Of a stretch of 64,000 nt of DNA, positions 20,962 through 30,512 are shown in pieces; the first letter of the stretch is position 1, and each line of letters starts with the position of its first letter. The notes under the pieces were generated by a model, which saw only the letters and a program-made list of their open reading frames with translations, was not told the origin of the DNA and did not search any database. Location of the stretch: positions 15,704 through 79,703 of the forward strand of contig CAZEJB010000014.1 of the NCBI GenBank assembly GCA_964512635.1. Reading direction: 5' to 3'. The stretch is from an uncultured Planctomycetales bacterium. GTDB lineage: Bacteria > 4484-113 > JAFGCY01. A program made the translations under genes and the position numbers.

Positions 20962-23900
20962 TTGTCCGCGTTTGTCCATCTGCATAATCACAGTGAGTAC
21001 TCGCTGCTTGACGGCATTGCGCGCGTCGGCGACATGGCTGCACGCCTCAAGGCGCTGGAATACGACGCCTATGCACTGACCGACCACGGCGTCATGTATG
21101 GCGCCCTCGAATTCTATCTGGGCATGCAGGCCGCCGGGATCAAGCCGATCATCGGCTGCGAGGTCTATGTCGCCAGCCGTAAGCTGACGGATAAGGACAG
21201 CCAGCTTGACCGCAAGAGCTGGCATTGCGTACTGCTGGCTCAGAACGAGACGGGCTACATCAACCTGATGCGTCTGACCTCGATCGCGCACCGCTTTGGC
21301 TATTACTACAAGCCGCGGGTCGACGTCGAGGCGATCCGGGCGCACAGCGAGGGCATCATCTGCCTCACCGCCTGCCCCAACGGCGTGGTCGCCGGTCCCT
21401 TTCATGGAAAGGCGATGGGGGACGAGGGCCACGAGTCCGAGAGCCGCGCGTCGCAAAGCCAGGGGCCAGGCAGCGGGCTGGTCGGCGGCGGGCTTGATGG
21501 CGCCGACAACGAATGCGAGGCTGGCGGGGTTACGGCGGCACACGAGGCCGCGGCACGCCGCGCGCTCGAAACCTATCTCGAAATCTTCACACCCGAGCGC
21601 TTGTTCCTGGAGATCCAGAACCACGGCATGGACATGGAACGGGCCTACAGCCCCTGGGCCGCGGATATGGCCCAACGCTACGGTCTGCGCCTGGTCGCGA
21701 CCAACGACTGCCACTATGTGGCCAAGGATGATGCCCGGGCCCACGATATCTGCCTGTGCCTGCGCGACAAGAAGCTGCTCAGCGACGAGGACCGCCTGCG
21801 CTACAGCGGGCCGGAGTATTACATCAAGACCCAGGCGGAGATGGCCGAGCTGTTCGGCGCCTATCCGCAGGCACTTGCCAATACCAGGGCTGTCGCTGAC
21901 CTGTGCAACCTGAGTCTTGACCTCAAGCGGGTCTACTTCCCGCAGATGGAAGTGCCGATCGTAGGGGCGAGTCCTGACTCGCCATCTTCTGCCGTAGGGG
22001 TGGGGCTTGTCCCTACCCGTGATGGCGGTGCCGAAGACGGGCGGGATCAAGCCCAAGCCCCTCAAGTCGGAACGGAAGATGGGCGGACACAAGGTCCGCC
22101 CCTACAGGAAACCACCACCGATCAGGCCGCGCAGGATGCCTGGCTGCGCCATCTGGTCCACGAGGGTGCGATCCGGCGCTATGGCAGCATCAGCTCCGAG
22201 CTGCAGGAACGAATTGACTATGAACTTGGCGTGATCATCCCCAAGGGTTTTACGACCTACTTCCTGATCTGCCACGACTTTTGCGACTTCGCCCGCAGCA
22301 AGGGCATCCCGGTCGGCCCCGGCCGTGGTTCCGCCGCCGGATCGGTGGTCGCCTATTGCCTTGAGATCACCGACCTGGACCCGATCAAGTACGGCCTGTA
22401 CTTCGAGCGCTTCCTCAACCCGGAGCGCATCGAGCTGCCGGACGCGGACATCGATTTCTGCTACCGCCGGCGCGATGAGGTGATCGAGCACGTCAAGAAC
22501 AAGTACGGTGCGGACCGGGTTGCGATGATCATCACCTACAGCCGCCTGAAGGCCCGCGCGGTGATCAAGGCGGTCGGCCGCACCAAGGGCATCGCCTTCC
22601 AGTACACCGATAAGGTGACCAAGGAGATCAACGGCCTCAACCCGACCATCGACGAGGCCATTGAAGGCAGCAAGGTGCTGCAGGAGATGATCCGCTCGGA
22701 CAAGGAAATCGCCGAGCTGGTCGAGGATGCCAAAAAGCTGGAGGGAATCGCGGCCTACCAGTCCGTGCACGCGGCGGGTATCGTCATCGCCCCCAGCGAG
22801 ATCAGCAACTACGTCCCGGTCCAGCCGATCAAAGACAGTGATCTGCTGGTGACCCAGTACAGCATGGACTATGTCCCCAAGGCTGGTCTGGTTAAGTTCG
22901 ATTTCCTCGGCCTGCGTAACCTGACGATGATTGAGGACACGGCGCAGTACATCCGCCGGTATGTCGACCCTAGCTTCGACGCCCGCTTTGTCCCTGAAGA
23001 CGACCCTGAGACCTACGCCATGCTGCAGCGCGGCGACAACTACGGCGTGTTCCAGTTTGAAGCGCCGCAGGTGCGCCGGATGCTGATCGACGGCCGGCCG
23101 GAGAACGTGATCGACCTCGCGGCGATCAACGCGGCCAACCGTCCCGGTCCGCTGCAGAGCGGCGGTACCGCCCAGTACCTTGAGGCCCGCAAGGCCGGCA
23201 AGCAGAGCCAGGCGCGCTTCAAGAGCATCGCGACTATCCTTGAAAGCACCGGCGGCGTGCTGCTGTTCCAGGAACAGGTGCTGGAGATCGCCAAGCAGCT
23301 CGGCGGCTTCAGCCTCGGCGAAGCGGACCTGCTGCGCAAGGCGATGGGCAAGAAGAACATGGAAGTCATGCTGGCCCAGAAGGAGAAGTTCCTGGCCGGC
23401 GCCAAGCGCATTGCCGACGAGGGCGGTGCCAGGATCCCCACCCAGGAACTGGAAGACATCTGGCAGATGATGGAGACCTTCGCGGGCTATGGATTTAACA
23501 AGGCCCACTCGGTCTGCTATGCCTGGATTGCCTTCCAGACGGCTTACCTGAAGTGCCATTATCCGCACTATTTCATGTGTGCGATGCTCAACAGCTACCT
23601 CGGCAATGCGGCCAAGCTGGCGCAGATTCTGGCGCAGTGCCGGCGGATGAAGATCCAGGTGCTGCCGCCGAGTGTTAATGACGGCGAGCTGGAGTTTACG
23701 CCGACCGCCACCACGGGGATGGGCGAGATCGGCTCGATCATCTTTGGCCTTGGCGGTATAAAGGGCCTGGGCTCTGCGGCGGTCGATGTGATCCTGGCCG
23801 AGCGCCAGCGCGGCGGTGCATTTGGTGACCTGACGGACTTCTATAAGCGCACGAAGAGCAGCGCGCTGAATAAGAAGGTGCTGCAGAGCCTGGCCTGCGC

Positions 23901-25113
23901 CGGCGCCTTTGACTGCCTCGAGCCGCAGCGCAGCAAGCTGATCCAGCGCCTCGACGATATTGATGTCTTCCTGCGCGGGCCGGAAAAGCAGTTCTCGATG
24001 TTTGACGATTTCAACGCCTCAAGCGAGAACGATAGTGTGCTGCCCAGCAAGGAAGTCACGCGTATCGACATCGCGATGCTGGAGAAGGAAGCCATTGGCC
24101 TCTTCCTCACCGAACATCCCTACGCCGACCACCCGATGTTCTTTGACGACCGCTATGTCCAGCTGGAGCGCCTGCAGGAACTGGTCAACGAAAACCCGGC
24201 ATTCTGGCAGGAACGCCCGCTGCCGGCCAAGGGAATTGTCGGACTGCTGACCAATGTGACGATCCGCATGGCCAATACCAGCAACAAGCCTTTCGCCAAG
24301 GCACGGCTTGAAGATCCGGAACGCGGCGTCGAGCTGGTCATCTGGCCGCGCACACTGGAAGCCGCCCGCGACCTGGTTACTGAAAACAACCCGGTGATTG
24401 TCTGGGGCAAGGTCCAGACGCCGGATGTTGCGGCTAGCGCCGAGCAGGGCGACGAGAGCGAAGCTTTTGAGGCGATCGAGATCATCGTCGAAAAGGTCGA
24501 GCAGTACATCCCGCCACCAGGTGGGATTACCCCACGCGGCGACCGGGAAGAGCGCAGCGCAGCACCCCGCGAGACAACGTCCGCCGCGCGAAATCCCAGC
24601 CGGCTGGCCGATCTGACGGCCAGCGACCTGGCTGCGGCTGAGGCGGTAATGCAGATATCGGATAACGCTGCAGCGGGGGCCAGTCCGGCGCCCGTCCCTG
24701 AGAGCAATCAGGACCACTTGCCGTCCTCGCAGACGCGGCTGCGGCCTGTCCTGCGCCGTGTTGATGCAGACTCGGCAAGCTTCGAAAGCGCCGATGCCGC
24801 TCAGGAAGGAAGTTCATCGCCGTCGCCGGGCCAGTCCGCCGAGGCCGCCGATGAACTGGGCAAGGGTCTTGGCATGATCACCTGGTCTGTCGACCTTAGC
24901 CAGGCCGATGCCGCCGCGCTGAAACTGCTGGCGAATACCCTTGAGCGCACCGAAGGTGAGCAGGAGGTCCGCATGCTGCTAAAGGATGTCGGCGGACAGC
25001 TGCGCCAGATCCGCGTGGGCCAGCGCTTCTTCATCGACGCCCAGCAGGCCGAGGCCATCGAACAGCAGTTCGGCTTCCTGGAACGCATACAGCGCGGCCA
25101 GCCCCAGGCCTGA
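20962..25113 (+). CDS. dnaE: DNA polymerase III alpha subunit with several in-frame insertions
   Basis: FVHLHNHSEYSLLDG, TDHG, GRGSAAGS, PDADIDF, HAAG, KFDFLGL and FNKAH, plus an OB-fold. TTG start after GAGAGGA. Confidence 0.96.
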   Translation: MSAFVHLHNHSEYSLLDGIARVGDMAARLKALEYDAYALTDHGVMYGALEFYLGMQAAGIKPIIGCEVYVASRKLTDKDSQLDRKSWHCVLLAQNETGYINLMRLTSIAHRFGYYYKPRVDVEAIRAHSEGIICLTACPNGVVAGPFHGKAMGDEGHESESRASQSQGPGSGLVGGGLDGADNECEAGGVTAAHEAAARRALETYLEIFTPERLFLEIQNHGMDMERAYSPWAADMAQRYGLRLVATNDCHYVAKDDARAHDICLCLRDKKLLSDEDRLRYSGPEYYIKTQAEMAELFGAYPQALANTRAVADLCNLSLDLKRVYFPQMEVPIVGASPDSPSSAVGVGLVPTRDGGAEDGRDQAQAPQVGTEDGRTQGPPLQETTTDQAAQDAWLRHLVHEGAIRRYGSISSELQERIDYELGVIIPKGFTTYFLICHDFCDFARSKGIPVGPGRGSAAGSVVAYCLEITDLDPIKYGLYFERFLNPERIELPDADIDFCYRRRDEVIEHVKNKYGADRVAMIITYSRLKARAVIKAVGRTKGIAFQYTDKVTKEINGLNPTIDEAIEGSKVLQEMIRSDKEIAELVEDAKKLEGIAAYQSVHAAGIVIAPSEISNYVPVQPIKDSDLLVTQYSMDYVPKAGLVKFDFLGLRNLTMIEDTAQYIRRYVDPSFDARFVPEDDPETYAMLQRGDNYGVFQFEAPQVRRMLIDGRPENVIDLAAINAANRPGPLQSGGTAQYLEARKAGKQSQARFKSIATILESTGGVLLFQEQVLEIAKQLGGFSLGEADLLRKAMGKKNMEVMLAQKEKFLAGAKRIADEGGARIPTQELEDIWQMMETFAGYGFNKAHSVCYAWIAFQTAYLKCHYPHYFMCAMLNSYLGNAAKLAQILAQCRRMKIQVLPPSVNDGELEFTPTATTGMGEIGSIIFGLGGIKGLGSAAVDVILAERQRGGAFGDLTDFYKRTKSSALNKKVLQSLACAGAFDCLEPQRSKLIQRLDDIDVFLRGPEKQFSMFDDFNASSENDSVLPSKEVTRIDIAMLEKEAIGLFLTEHPYADHPMFFDDRYVQLERLQELVNENPAFWQERPLPAKGIVGLLTNVTIRMANTSNKPFAKARLEDPERGVELVIWPRTLEAARDLVTENNPVIVWGKVQTPDVAASAEQGDESEAFEAIEIIVEKVEQYIPPPGGITPRGDREERSAAPRETTSAARNPSRLADLTASDLAAAEAVMQISDNAAAGASPAPVPESNQDHLPSSQTRLRPVLRRVDADSASFESADAAQEGSSSPSPGQSAEAADELGKGLGMITWSVDLSQADAAALKLLANTLERTEGEQEVRMLLKDVGGQLRQIRVGQRFFIDAQQAEAIEQQFGFLERIQRGQPQA
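21961..22105. repeat. Four GTAG-type REPs (two forward, two reverse) inside the dnaE coding sequence
   Basis: GTAGGGGCGAGTCCTGACTCGCC (21961), GTAGGGGTGGGGCTTGTCCCTACCC (21994), a degenerate unit at about 22039, and GGGCGGACACAAGGTCCGCCCCTAC (22081). Confidence 0.85.
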
Positions 25114-25147
25114 GCCCAGGACTGACCGCGCCTCTCGCTATGGGACG
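25035..25147 (+). repeat. 113-bp direct repeat, copy 1 (dnaE 3' end, stop codon and downstream bases)
   Basis: Matches 25895-26006 except for one substitution and one indel. Confidence 0.92.
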
Positions 25148-25371
25148 CTGTCGGAACGCCGGCTTTAGCCGGCATTCTTCCCTGTATCTCGCAGCTTGCT
25201 GCAGTCCGATCCAACGCAGAGGCGCGGAGAACGCAGAGGACCGCAGAGCTAAGCATTTGCAGCATGCTAAGACAGGCAGGAAACAGCTGGAGCAGAGGCT
25301 GGAACCCGAACTCTTGTGCCACCTCGCGATATCATTTACGGTGCAGCGCGGAGTCACTTACAGTGAATGAA

Positions 25372-25851
25372 ATGCCCAAGTCGGAGCAAAACCTGGCTAG
25401 GCTGTTGAAGTCGCTTGGTCTTGTCGTGGCGGCTTGCTCAATGTGTTTTGTTTTGGCTGAGTGCGGAAGTGCAATCTATTGGTCCCGGCCGCGAATCACG
25501 TCGATCCATAGGGTGGGTCAGGCGATTGAGGTTCACACCCAGGCATCAGCGCGTGAGCCAAAACATAGGATCACCTCTATTTACTTGGTGCTGCCCACCT
25601 CGAAGTTGAGATTGTCAGCAGAGTTTGAAAGTGTTTCAACAATTGACCATGAGCTGAGGTCCCAAGGCAGGATTATCACTGTCGCCCATCAACCAGTAAA
25701 TGGTTCCGGCGGCATGTTCGTGCTAAGCCTGCCTGAGGGGGAGCTATCGGCTGGCGAACAAGCCAAGCTGGTGATTGTTAGCATTATTGACGGTCCTTTC
25801 TCACGACAGTTAGTCAGGGATCGTATTGTGCGGCTCAAAGGCAGGATGTAA
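25372..25851 (+). CDS. Low-GC hypothetical membrane or exported protein between the direct repeats
   Basis: N-terminal hydrophobic segment; composition differs from the flanks. Confidence 0.55.
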   Translation: MPKSEQNLARLLKSLGLVVAACSMCFVLAECGSAIYWSRPRITSIHRVGQAIEVHTQASAREPKHRITSIYLVLPTSKLRLSAEFESVSTIDHELRSQGRIITVAHQPVNGSGGMFVLSLPEGELSAGEQAKLVIVSIIDGPFSRQLVRDRIVRLKGRM

Positions 25852-25894
25852 CCGCCAGGTATGGGCCACGGAAGGGGACGCCCGCGCGACAAAA

Positions 25895-26006
25895 CGACGT
25901 CCAGCAGGCCGAGGCCATCGAACAGCAGTTCGGCTTCCTGGAACGCATACAGCGCGGCCAGCCCCAGGCCTGAGCCCGGACTGACCGCGCCTCTCGCTAT
26001 GGGACG
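25895..26006 (+). repeat. 112-bp direct repeat, copy 2 (duplicated dnaE 3' end)
   Basis: See copy 1. Confidence 0.92.
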
Positions 26007-26013
26007 AGCTTAG

Positions 26014-27666
26014 TTAGATGTCTCCGCCGATGCCTTCGTCATGACCTCCGGGGTCGTCGTCGCCGGGATCATCATCACCCGGATCGTCATCACCTGGGTC
26101 GTCGTCACCTGGATCGTCATCACCTGGATCGTCATCACCTGGGTCGTCATCGCCGGGATCATCGACGCCAGGATCGTCATCGCCCGGATCGTCGTCACCC
26201 GGATCATCCACGCCAGGGTCGTCGTCGCCCGGATCGTCATCGCCGGGATCGTCCTTCAGGGTATCCGGGTCGAAGTGCTTGCCCTTGGGTGCACTGAAGT
26301 ACCACGCCGGGCTGGGCTCGGGGCCGGTCGGGCTGTTGATCCAGTCCACCCAGGCTTGAAAGCCGCTGTAGACGTTGAAGATCGACTCGCCCTCCAGCGG
26401 CCAGGCAAAGGTTGCCGGCACGATGAAGCCCAGCGGCACGCCCTTAGCGTCCACCGGGTCGCCGGGCTTCTGCCAGAGGCCCAGGCGGTACTCAGCGGCT
26501 TCTCCGGGCTTGACCAGCAGCTCAGGCTTGTACGGCAGCGGGGTATAGCTGCCCTGGGCCAGCGGCGGGTTGAAAGTCAGGGTTACGATGGCATAGTCGC
26601 CGGCGACCGGCGTAGTGCCCGCCTTGACGTTAGCGCCCCAGCCACCGGGGCTGGAGGGCAGCGCCTCAGCGGTGGGCGCGAAGACCGGCAGGCTGGTTCC
26701 GTCTATGCTGGTCCAGACGCGCTGGTCGAAGTGGCGCTGGTCGTTGGTATGCACCGCGTCGCCATTGTCATAGAACTGGTCGACCGTGGCAAAAACCCTG
26801 CTGCCGGGGAAGGCCCCGCCAATGTTCAGCTGCCAGTTGCTGGCATAGCCCGCGCCGCGCGCCAGGGCCTTGACCAGCAGGTTAATCTGCACCAGGCGGC
26901 CCTGCTTGTCGCGCAATTCTTCTGCGCGCAGCGAGCCGACATAGTCATTGAAGTCATAGTCGCTGCCGCCGTCCTTGACGTCCTCCCAGACCATCTGGGC
27001 CTGGCCGGCGTCGCTGCCCTGGGGATAGACCAGCGGGTCGGCGGTCGGCGTGGCGCTGAGGGCAAAGTCGAGGCTGAAGAAGTCGCCGGGCAGCAGCGGG
27101 CTGGCCGAGCCGTCCATGTTAAAGGGCAGCTGATAGCTGAAGACCGCCGTGTACTCACCTGTCGAGGAATGCTCGACGTCCCGCTCGACATAGCTCAGGC
27201 CGGCGCCGCGCACGACCCAGAAGCGGTCCAGCACGGTGCCGGCGGCCGCCTCATAGCAGACGTGCAGGTCGACCATGTCGCCGCTGCTGAAGGATCCGTT
27301 AGCCTCCCCGGGGACGGCTGCCTCGCCGTGGGCGCTGATGGCCATCCAGAGAAACTTGAAGCTCTCTCCGGCGGCCAGGGCCGAGCCGCGCCGCAGCGGC
27401 TTGAAGCTGACGGCTGCGCTGGCCGGGGCAAGCTGATATGCGCCGGTGCTGCCAGCAGCCTGAGTTGCCGCTTGCAGTGCGCTGGTTCCATGGCTGAGCT
27501 GCAGTCCGGTCTGGAATTTCAGGTTCAGCGCGGTCGAGCCATCCCCCGGCTTGGGGTTCTTGGGGATGTTGATCGGGGCGCCGTTATAGCCCCCGCACGA
27601 GGTCAGCAATAACACCAGGGCGGCCAGGGCGAGCAGCGCCGGCCGCGAAGCTGATTTGGGAAACAA
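26014..27666 (-). CDS. Lipoprotein with a LruC/DUF4842-like domain and an acidic DDPG-repeat tail
   Basis: LTSC lipobox, WED...DYDFND motif, P..F.WPLEG..I..VY..F..W. TTG start after GGAGG. Confidence 0.75.
   Translation of the reverse strand: MFPKSASRPALLALAALVLLLTSCGGYNGAPINIPKNPKPGDGSTALNLKFQTGLQLSHGTSALQAATQAAGSTGAYQLAPASAAVSFKPLRRGSALAAGESFKFLWMAISAHGEAAVPGEANGSFSSGDMVDLHVCYEAAAGTVLDRFWVVRGAGLSYVERDVEHSSTGEYTAVFSYQLPFNMDGSASPLLPGDFFSLDFALSATPTADPLVYPQGSDAGQAQMVWEDVKDGGSDYDFNDYVGSLRAEELRDKQGRLVQINLLVKALARGAGYASNWQLNIGGAFPGSRVFATVDQFYDNGDAVHTNDQRHFDQRVWTSIDGTSLPVFAPTAEALPSSPGGWGANVKAGTTPVAGDYAIVTLTFNPPLAQGSYTPLPYKPELLVKPGEAAEYRLGLWQKPGDPVDAKGVPLGFIVPATFAWPLEGESIFNVYSGFQAWVDWINSPTGPEPSPAWYFSAPKGKHFDPDTLKDDPGDDDPGDDDPGVDDPGDDDPGDDDPGVDDPGDDDPGDDDPGDDDPGDDDPGDDDPGDDDPGDDDPGGHDEGIGGDI
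26048..26253 (-). repeat. 15-bp coding tandem repeat, 14 x (D/V)DDPG
   Basis: Counted from the translated ORF. Confidence 0.9.
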
Positions 27667-28188
27667 GATCCACCTCCATGTGGCTGTGCCCAACACGGGC
27701 GCACGGGGCAAGCATAACCGCCCAGGCGCGTGCTCGGGCTAAAGGCGGGTTAACACCGCGTACAGCTTGGCCGGACGCTTTAAGCAAAGTGCAACCGCCC
27801 GCGTTGAGCGCTGCGCATAGCCTGTAACCCCGCACGGCATTTTTATGGAGCGCTGGGACTGGCCCGGCATCTTCGCTGGGGAGCGCAGACTTTAGACTGC
27901 ATCTCTCATTCGAGCAGCCTGGAACTTCGCTGCTATCCAAATCAAATCCAACAGGAGACGCAAAGACCCTGAGGATATGGAGGTCGTCGAGCCAGTCAGG
28001 CTGAAGTTCATGTCGACATTCCTGCACTCCGTACAGCGCAGCCGAGCAGCCCTCATTAGTCGCTGTGACTCAGTGTCTCCTGTTTGCTTTTGGATTTGCT
28101 CTGCGGCACCGCGGCTCTTTGTGAATCCCAGCTTTACGCGCCGGGGCACGACGCGCGCAGGGCGCCGCGCTGCTTTTGGGAGAATTGT

Positions 28189-28559
28189 GCGAGTGGGCCA
28201 TAAGCCGGGTTCTGTTTATGCGGCCATCTGTCTGGGCCGTCTGTCTCCAGACGGCTCATGCGGTATTGCGCGGGGGCCGGGCCAGCCTTGCCGCTTTCGC
28301 GGCTCCCACGTCTGCCTTGCACCAGGCGGGTTTGCCTGAGCCGGCGTGTTACCACGCCGCTGGTGAGCTCTTAACTCGCCGTTTCACCGTTGCCAGCGGA
28401 CTCCCTGACCGGAATTTAGGCCTTATGGCCTAGAGCTGGCTGTTTGTTTCTGTAGCGCGTTCCATGGCCTCGCGACCTCCGGGTGTTACCCGGCGCCCTG
28501 CCCTGTGGTGCCCGGACTTTCCTCGAGGTGTTAACCCCGCGGCCGCTTGGCCCACTCGC
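28189..28559 (-). ncRNA. rnpB: RNase P RNA (type A)
   Basis: GAGGAAAGTCCGGGCACC, AACAGAAACAAAC, and the 3' ACAGAACCCGGCTTAT. Complementary ends GCGAGTGGGCCA/TGGCCCACTCGC form P1. Confidence 0.95.
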
Positions 28560-28584
28560 GCAGCGATTGTACCCGGCGGGGAGA

Positions 28585-28818
28585 AATGATGATTGAAGAT
28601 TGCTGATTGATGATTTTCATGAGCGCTGAGCATGAGCCGTCAGCATGCTGCCTGCCAGCAAAAAATTATGGGTGCGTAGAGCTCGACGTCGTTTTGGGCA
28701 AAAGGTTGATCGGAAGCAGAACGACCTCCATCCAACTCGGTACTCCGGACAATCAGCAATCAGCATTCAGCATTCAGCATAAGGCACTCAGCATAAGGCA
28801 CTCAGCACTCAGCACTTC
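28585..28818. repeat. 7-bp tandem arrays
   Basis: GATTGAA/GATTGCT/GATTGAT at about 28590 and TTCAGCA/TAAGGCA/CTCAGCA at about 28755-28815. Confidence 0.7.
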
Positions 28819-28821
28819 TGA

Positions 28822-29250
28822 CTACTCCCCCATCGGCGGCTCGGGGATGTGCGTCGGGTCCTGCGGCACTTCCTGGCCCAGGCCCTGCTTGCATTTGTCG
28901 CGGTAGAACTCGGCGTCGTAGCGCTCATCCTTGAAGATCGCCGGGTCGCTCTTGGTCTGTTCAAGGAACTTCTCGAAGAAGGGCAGGGCCTCTTCAAAGC
29001 GCCCCAGCTCATAAAGTGCGCGGCCCTTGCCAAGGGTGGCCATCGCGTCGTCCGGCAGCTTGGCCAGAATCGCCTCATACTCGGTCAGCGCTGTTCCCCA
29101 GTCGCCGGCGCCCTGGGCGTTCTGCGCCGCTGTGTAGTGCATCCGCGCGCTCTTTTCGCAAGAGAACAGCGCGGACACAAGGATGCAGGCCAGCAGCACC
29201 AAAACCACGGCCTTCGGCAGCAGGCAGAAACAGCGTGTCTTGTCCGGCAT
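28822..29250 (-). CDS. TPR-containing lipoprotein
   Basis: LFSC lipobox; ATLGKGRALYELGRFEEALPFFEK is a TPR. Confidence 0.8.
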   Translation of the reverse strand: MPDKTRCFCLLPKAVVLVLLACILVSALFSCEKSARMHYTAAQNAQGAGDWGTALTEYEAILAKLPDDAMATLGKGRALYELGRFEEALPFFEKFLEQTKSDPAIFKDERYDAEFYRDKCKQGLGQEVPQDPTHIPEPPMGE

Positions 29251-29287
29251 GATGAGATGTTAGCGCGGTTGCCGGCCAGTGCAAAGC

Positions 29288-30433
29288 TCAGCGCTTGACG
29301 AGGCAGGGAATCCCGGCGCGGTAAGCCACCGCGATGCTGTCGCTGATATCAAGCTGCATCTGGGCCCGCAGGGCCTCGCCGCTGTCAAAGTCCTGCCAGC
29401 CCCGCAGCTGCTGCAGGAAGCTCAGCTTAAGCTCGCGGCCGTATAGATCACCGTCGAAGCCAATCAGATGCGCTTCAAGCACCTGGCCTGCGGCCTGTGC
29501 CGCCGGGCGGTCACTTTCAAGCAGTAGCGGCTCAATCAGGCCTTTAAGCGCGCCTGCCGGCCCGGCCGGGACCGCTTCCCGCTCCAGGACTGTCTGGCAG
29601 GCCAGCACAGTGCTCATCAGGCACAGCGCCGCCGGAAAGCAGCCGCCGTCCAGTTCAGCCAGCCCGGCATAGACACCGCCGGGTGGCGTTAGCTTGTCGG
29701 CAGGCAGGTATACATTTGCGGTGGGGATGCCCAGCACTTCGCGGCCCTTGCCCTTGCCATGCTCGACCAGTCCCAGCGAAAAAAAGCGGTAGCCCAGCAG
29801 GGCCTTGGCGCCGTCAAGATCGCCACGGACCAGCATCTGGCGGATGCGGCTGCTCTTGACATGCTGGCCGAGGGCATCAAAGGGTTCCACCAGATGGCAG
29901 TCGATTGCCAGCCGCTGCGCCAAAAGCTGACAGCCGGCCTGGCCCCCGACCATGTCGTTGCCAAGGCTGGTGTCATAACCCAGCACTATGCCCGCCAGGC
30001 CCGCAGGAGAGCCGCCGCTGCGCAAGGCGGTATCCAGCCCCTGCAGCCACTGCTCGGCGCTCTGGCCGGCCGTGGCAGGACCGTAATCCAGGATCAGCAC
30101 CGCATCCAGGTCAAGCTGGCTCAGCAGGTGCAGTTTCTCTTCAGGGGTGTTCAGGTAATGCCAGTTCGGGAAGTTCTCGCTGCGGGCGCTTTCGCCGGCA
30201 GCATCAAGGCGGTGGAAATTCTTGGGAGAGTTAGAAAAAGTAATCGCCAGGCTCAGGGCGTCGGTCGGGGAGGAGCTGCAAAGCTGGGCGCATCGTCGCA
30301 GCTGCTCAATCAGATGTCGGTGACCCCGGTGTACGCCGTCGAAGAAGCCGACGGTGATATACACCGGGCGGCGCATCTCGGCAGCCCAGTGCGAAAGCTC
30401 CATCATGTTGCGCAAGACGCGCGTTGTTGGCAC
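29288..30433 (-). CDS. ribF: Bifunctional riboflavin kinase / FAD synthetase
   Basis: VGFFDGVHRGH, KSSRIR, GKGREVLGIPTAN, GVYAG and EAHLIGFDGDLYG. Confidence 0.9.
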   Translation of the reverse strand: MPTTRVLRNMMELSHWAAEMRRPVYITVGFFDGVHRGHRHLIEQLRRCAQLCSSSPTDALSLAITFSNSPKNFHRLDAAGESARSENFPNWHYLNTPEEKLHLLSQLDLDAVLILDYGPATAGQSAEQWLQGLDTALRSGGSPAGLAGIVLGYDTSLGNDMVGGQAGCQLLAQRLAIDCHLVEPFDALGQHVKSSRIRQMLVRGDLDGAKALLGYRFFSLGLVEHGKGKGREVLGIPTANVYLPADKLTPPGGVYAGLAELDGGCFPAALCLMSTVLACQTVLEREAVPAGPAGALKGLIEPLLLESDRPAAQAAGQVLEAHLIGFDGDLYGRELKLSFLQQLRGWQDFDSGEALRAQMQLDISDSIAVAYRAGIPCLVKR

Positions 30434-30512
30434 AGGTGAAGAATAGCAGAAATGAGTCGGGGTTCTGGGGTTTTGCCCCGGGCCAGCCTGACTGGTGGAC
30501 TGCCTCGTGCAG

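Noticed and set aside
20701-22092. 910-aa glnA ORF with a long N-terminal extension
   Set aside because: The extension is antisense to dnaE; GS homology and the RBS start at 20700.
21961-22105. Intein in dnaE (and in the SNF2 helicase)
   Set aside because: There is no Cys/Ser start, His-Asn end or LAGLIDADG block; the inserts are explained by REP and RAYT sequence.
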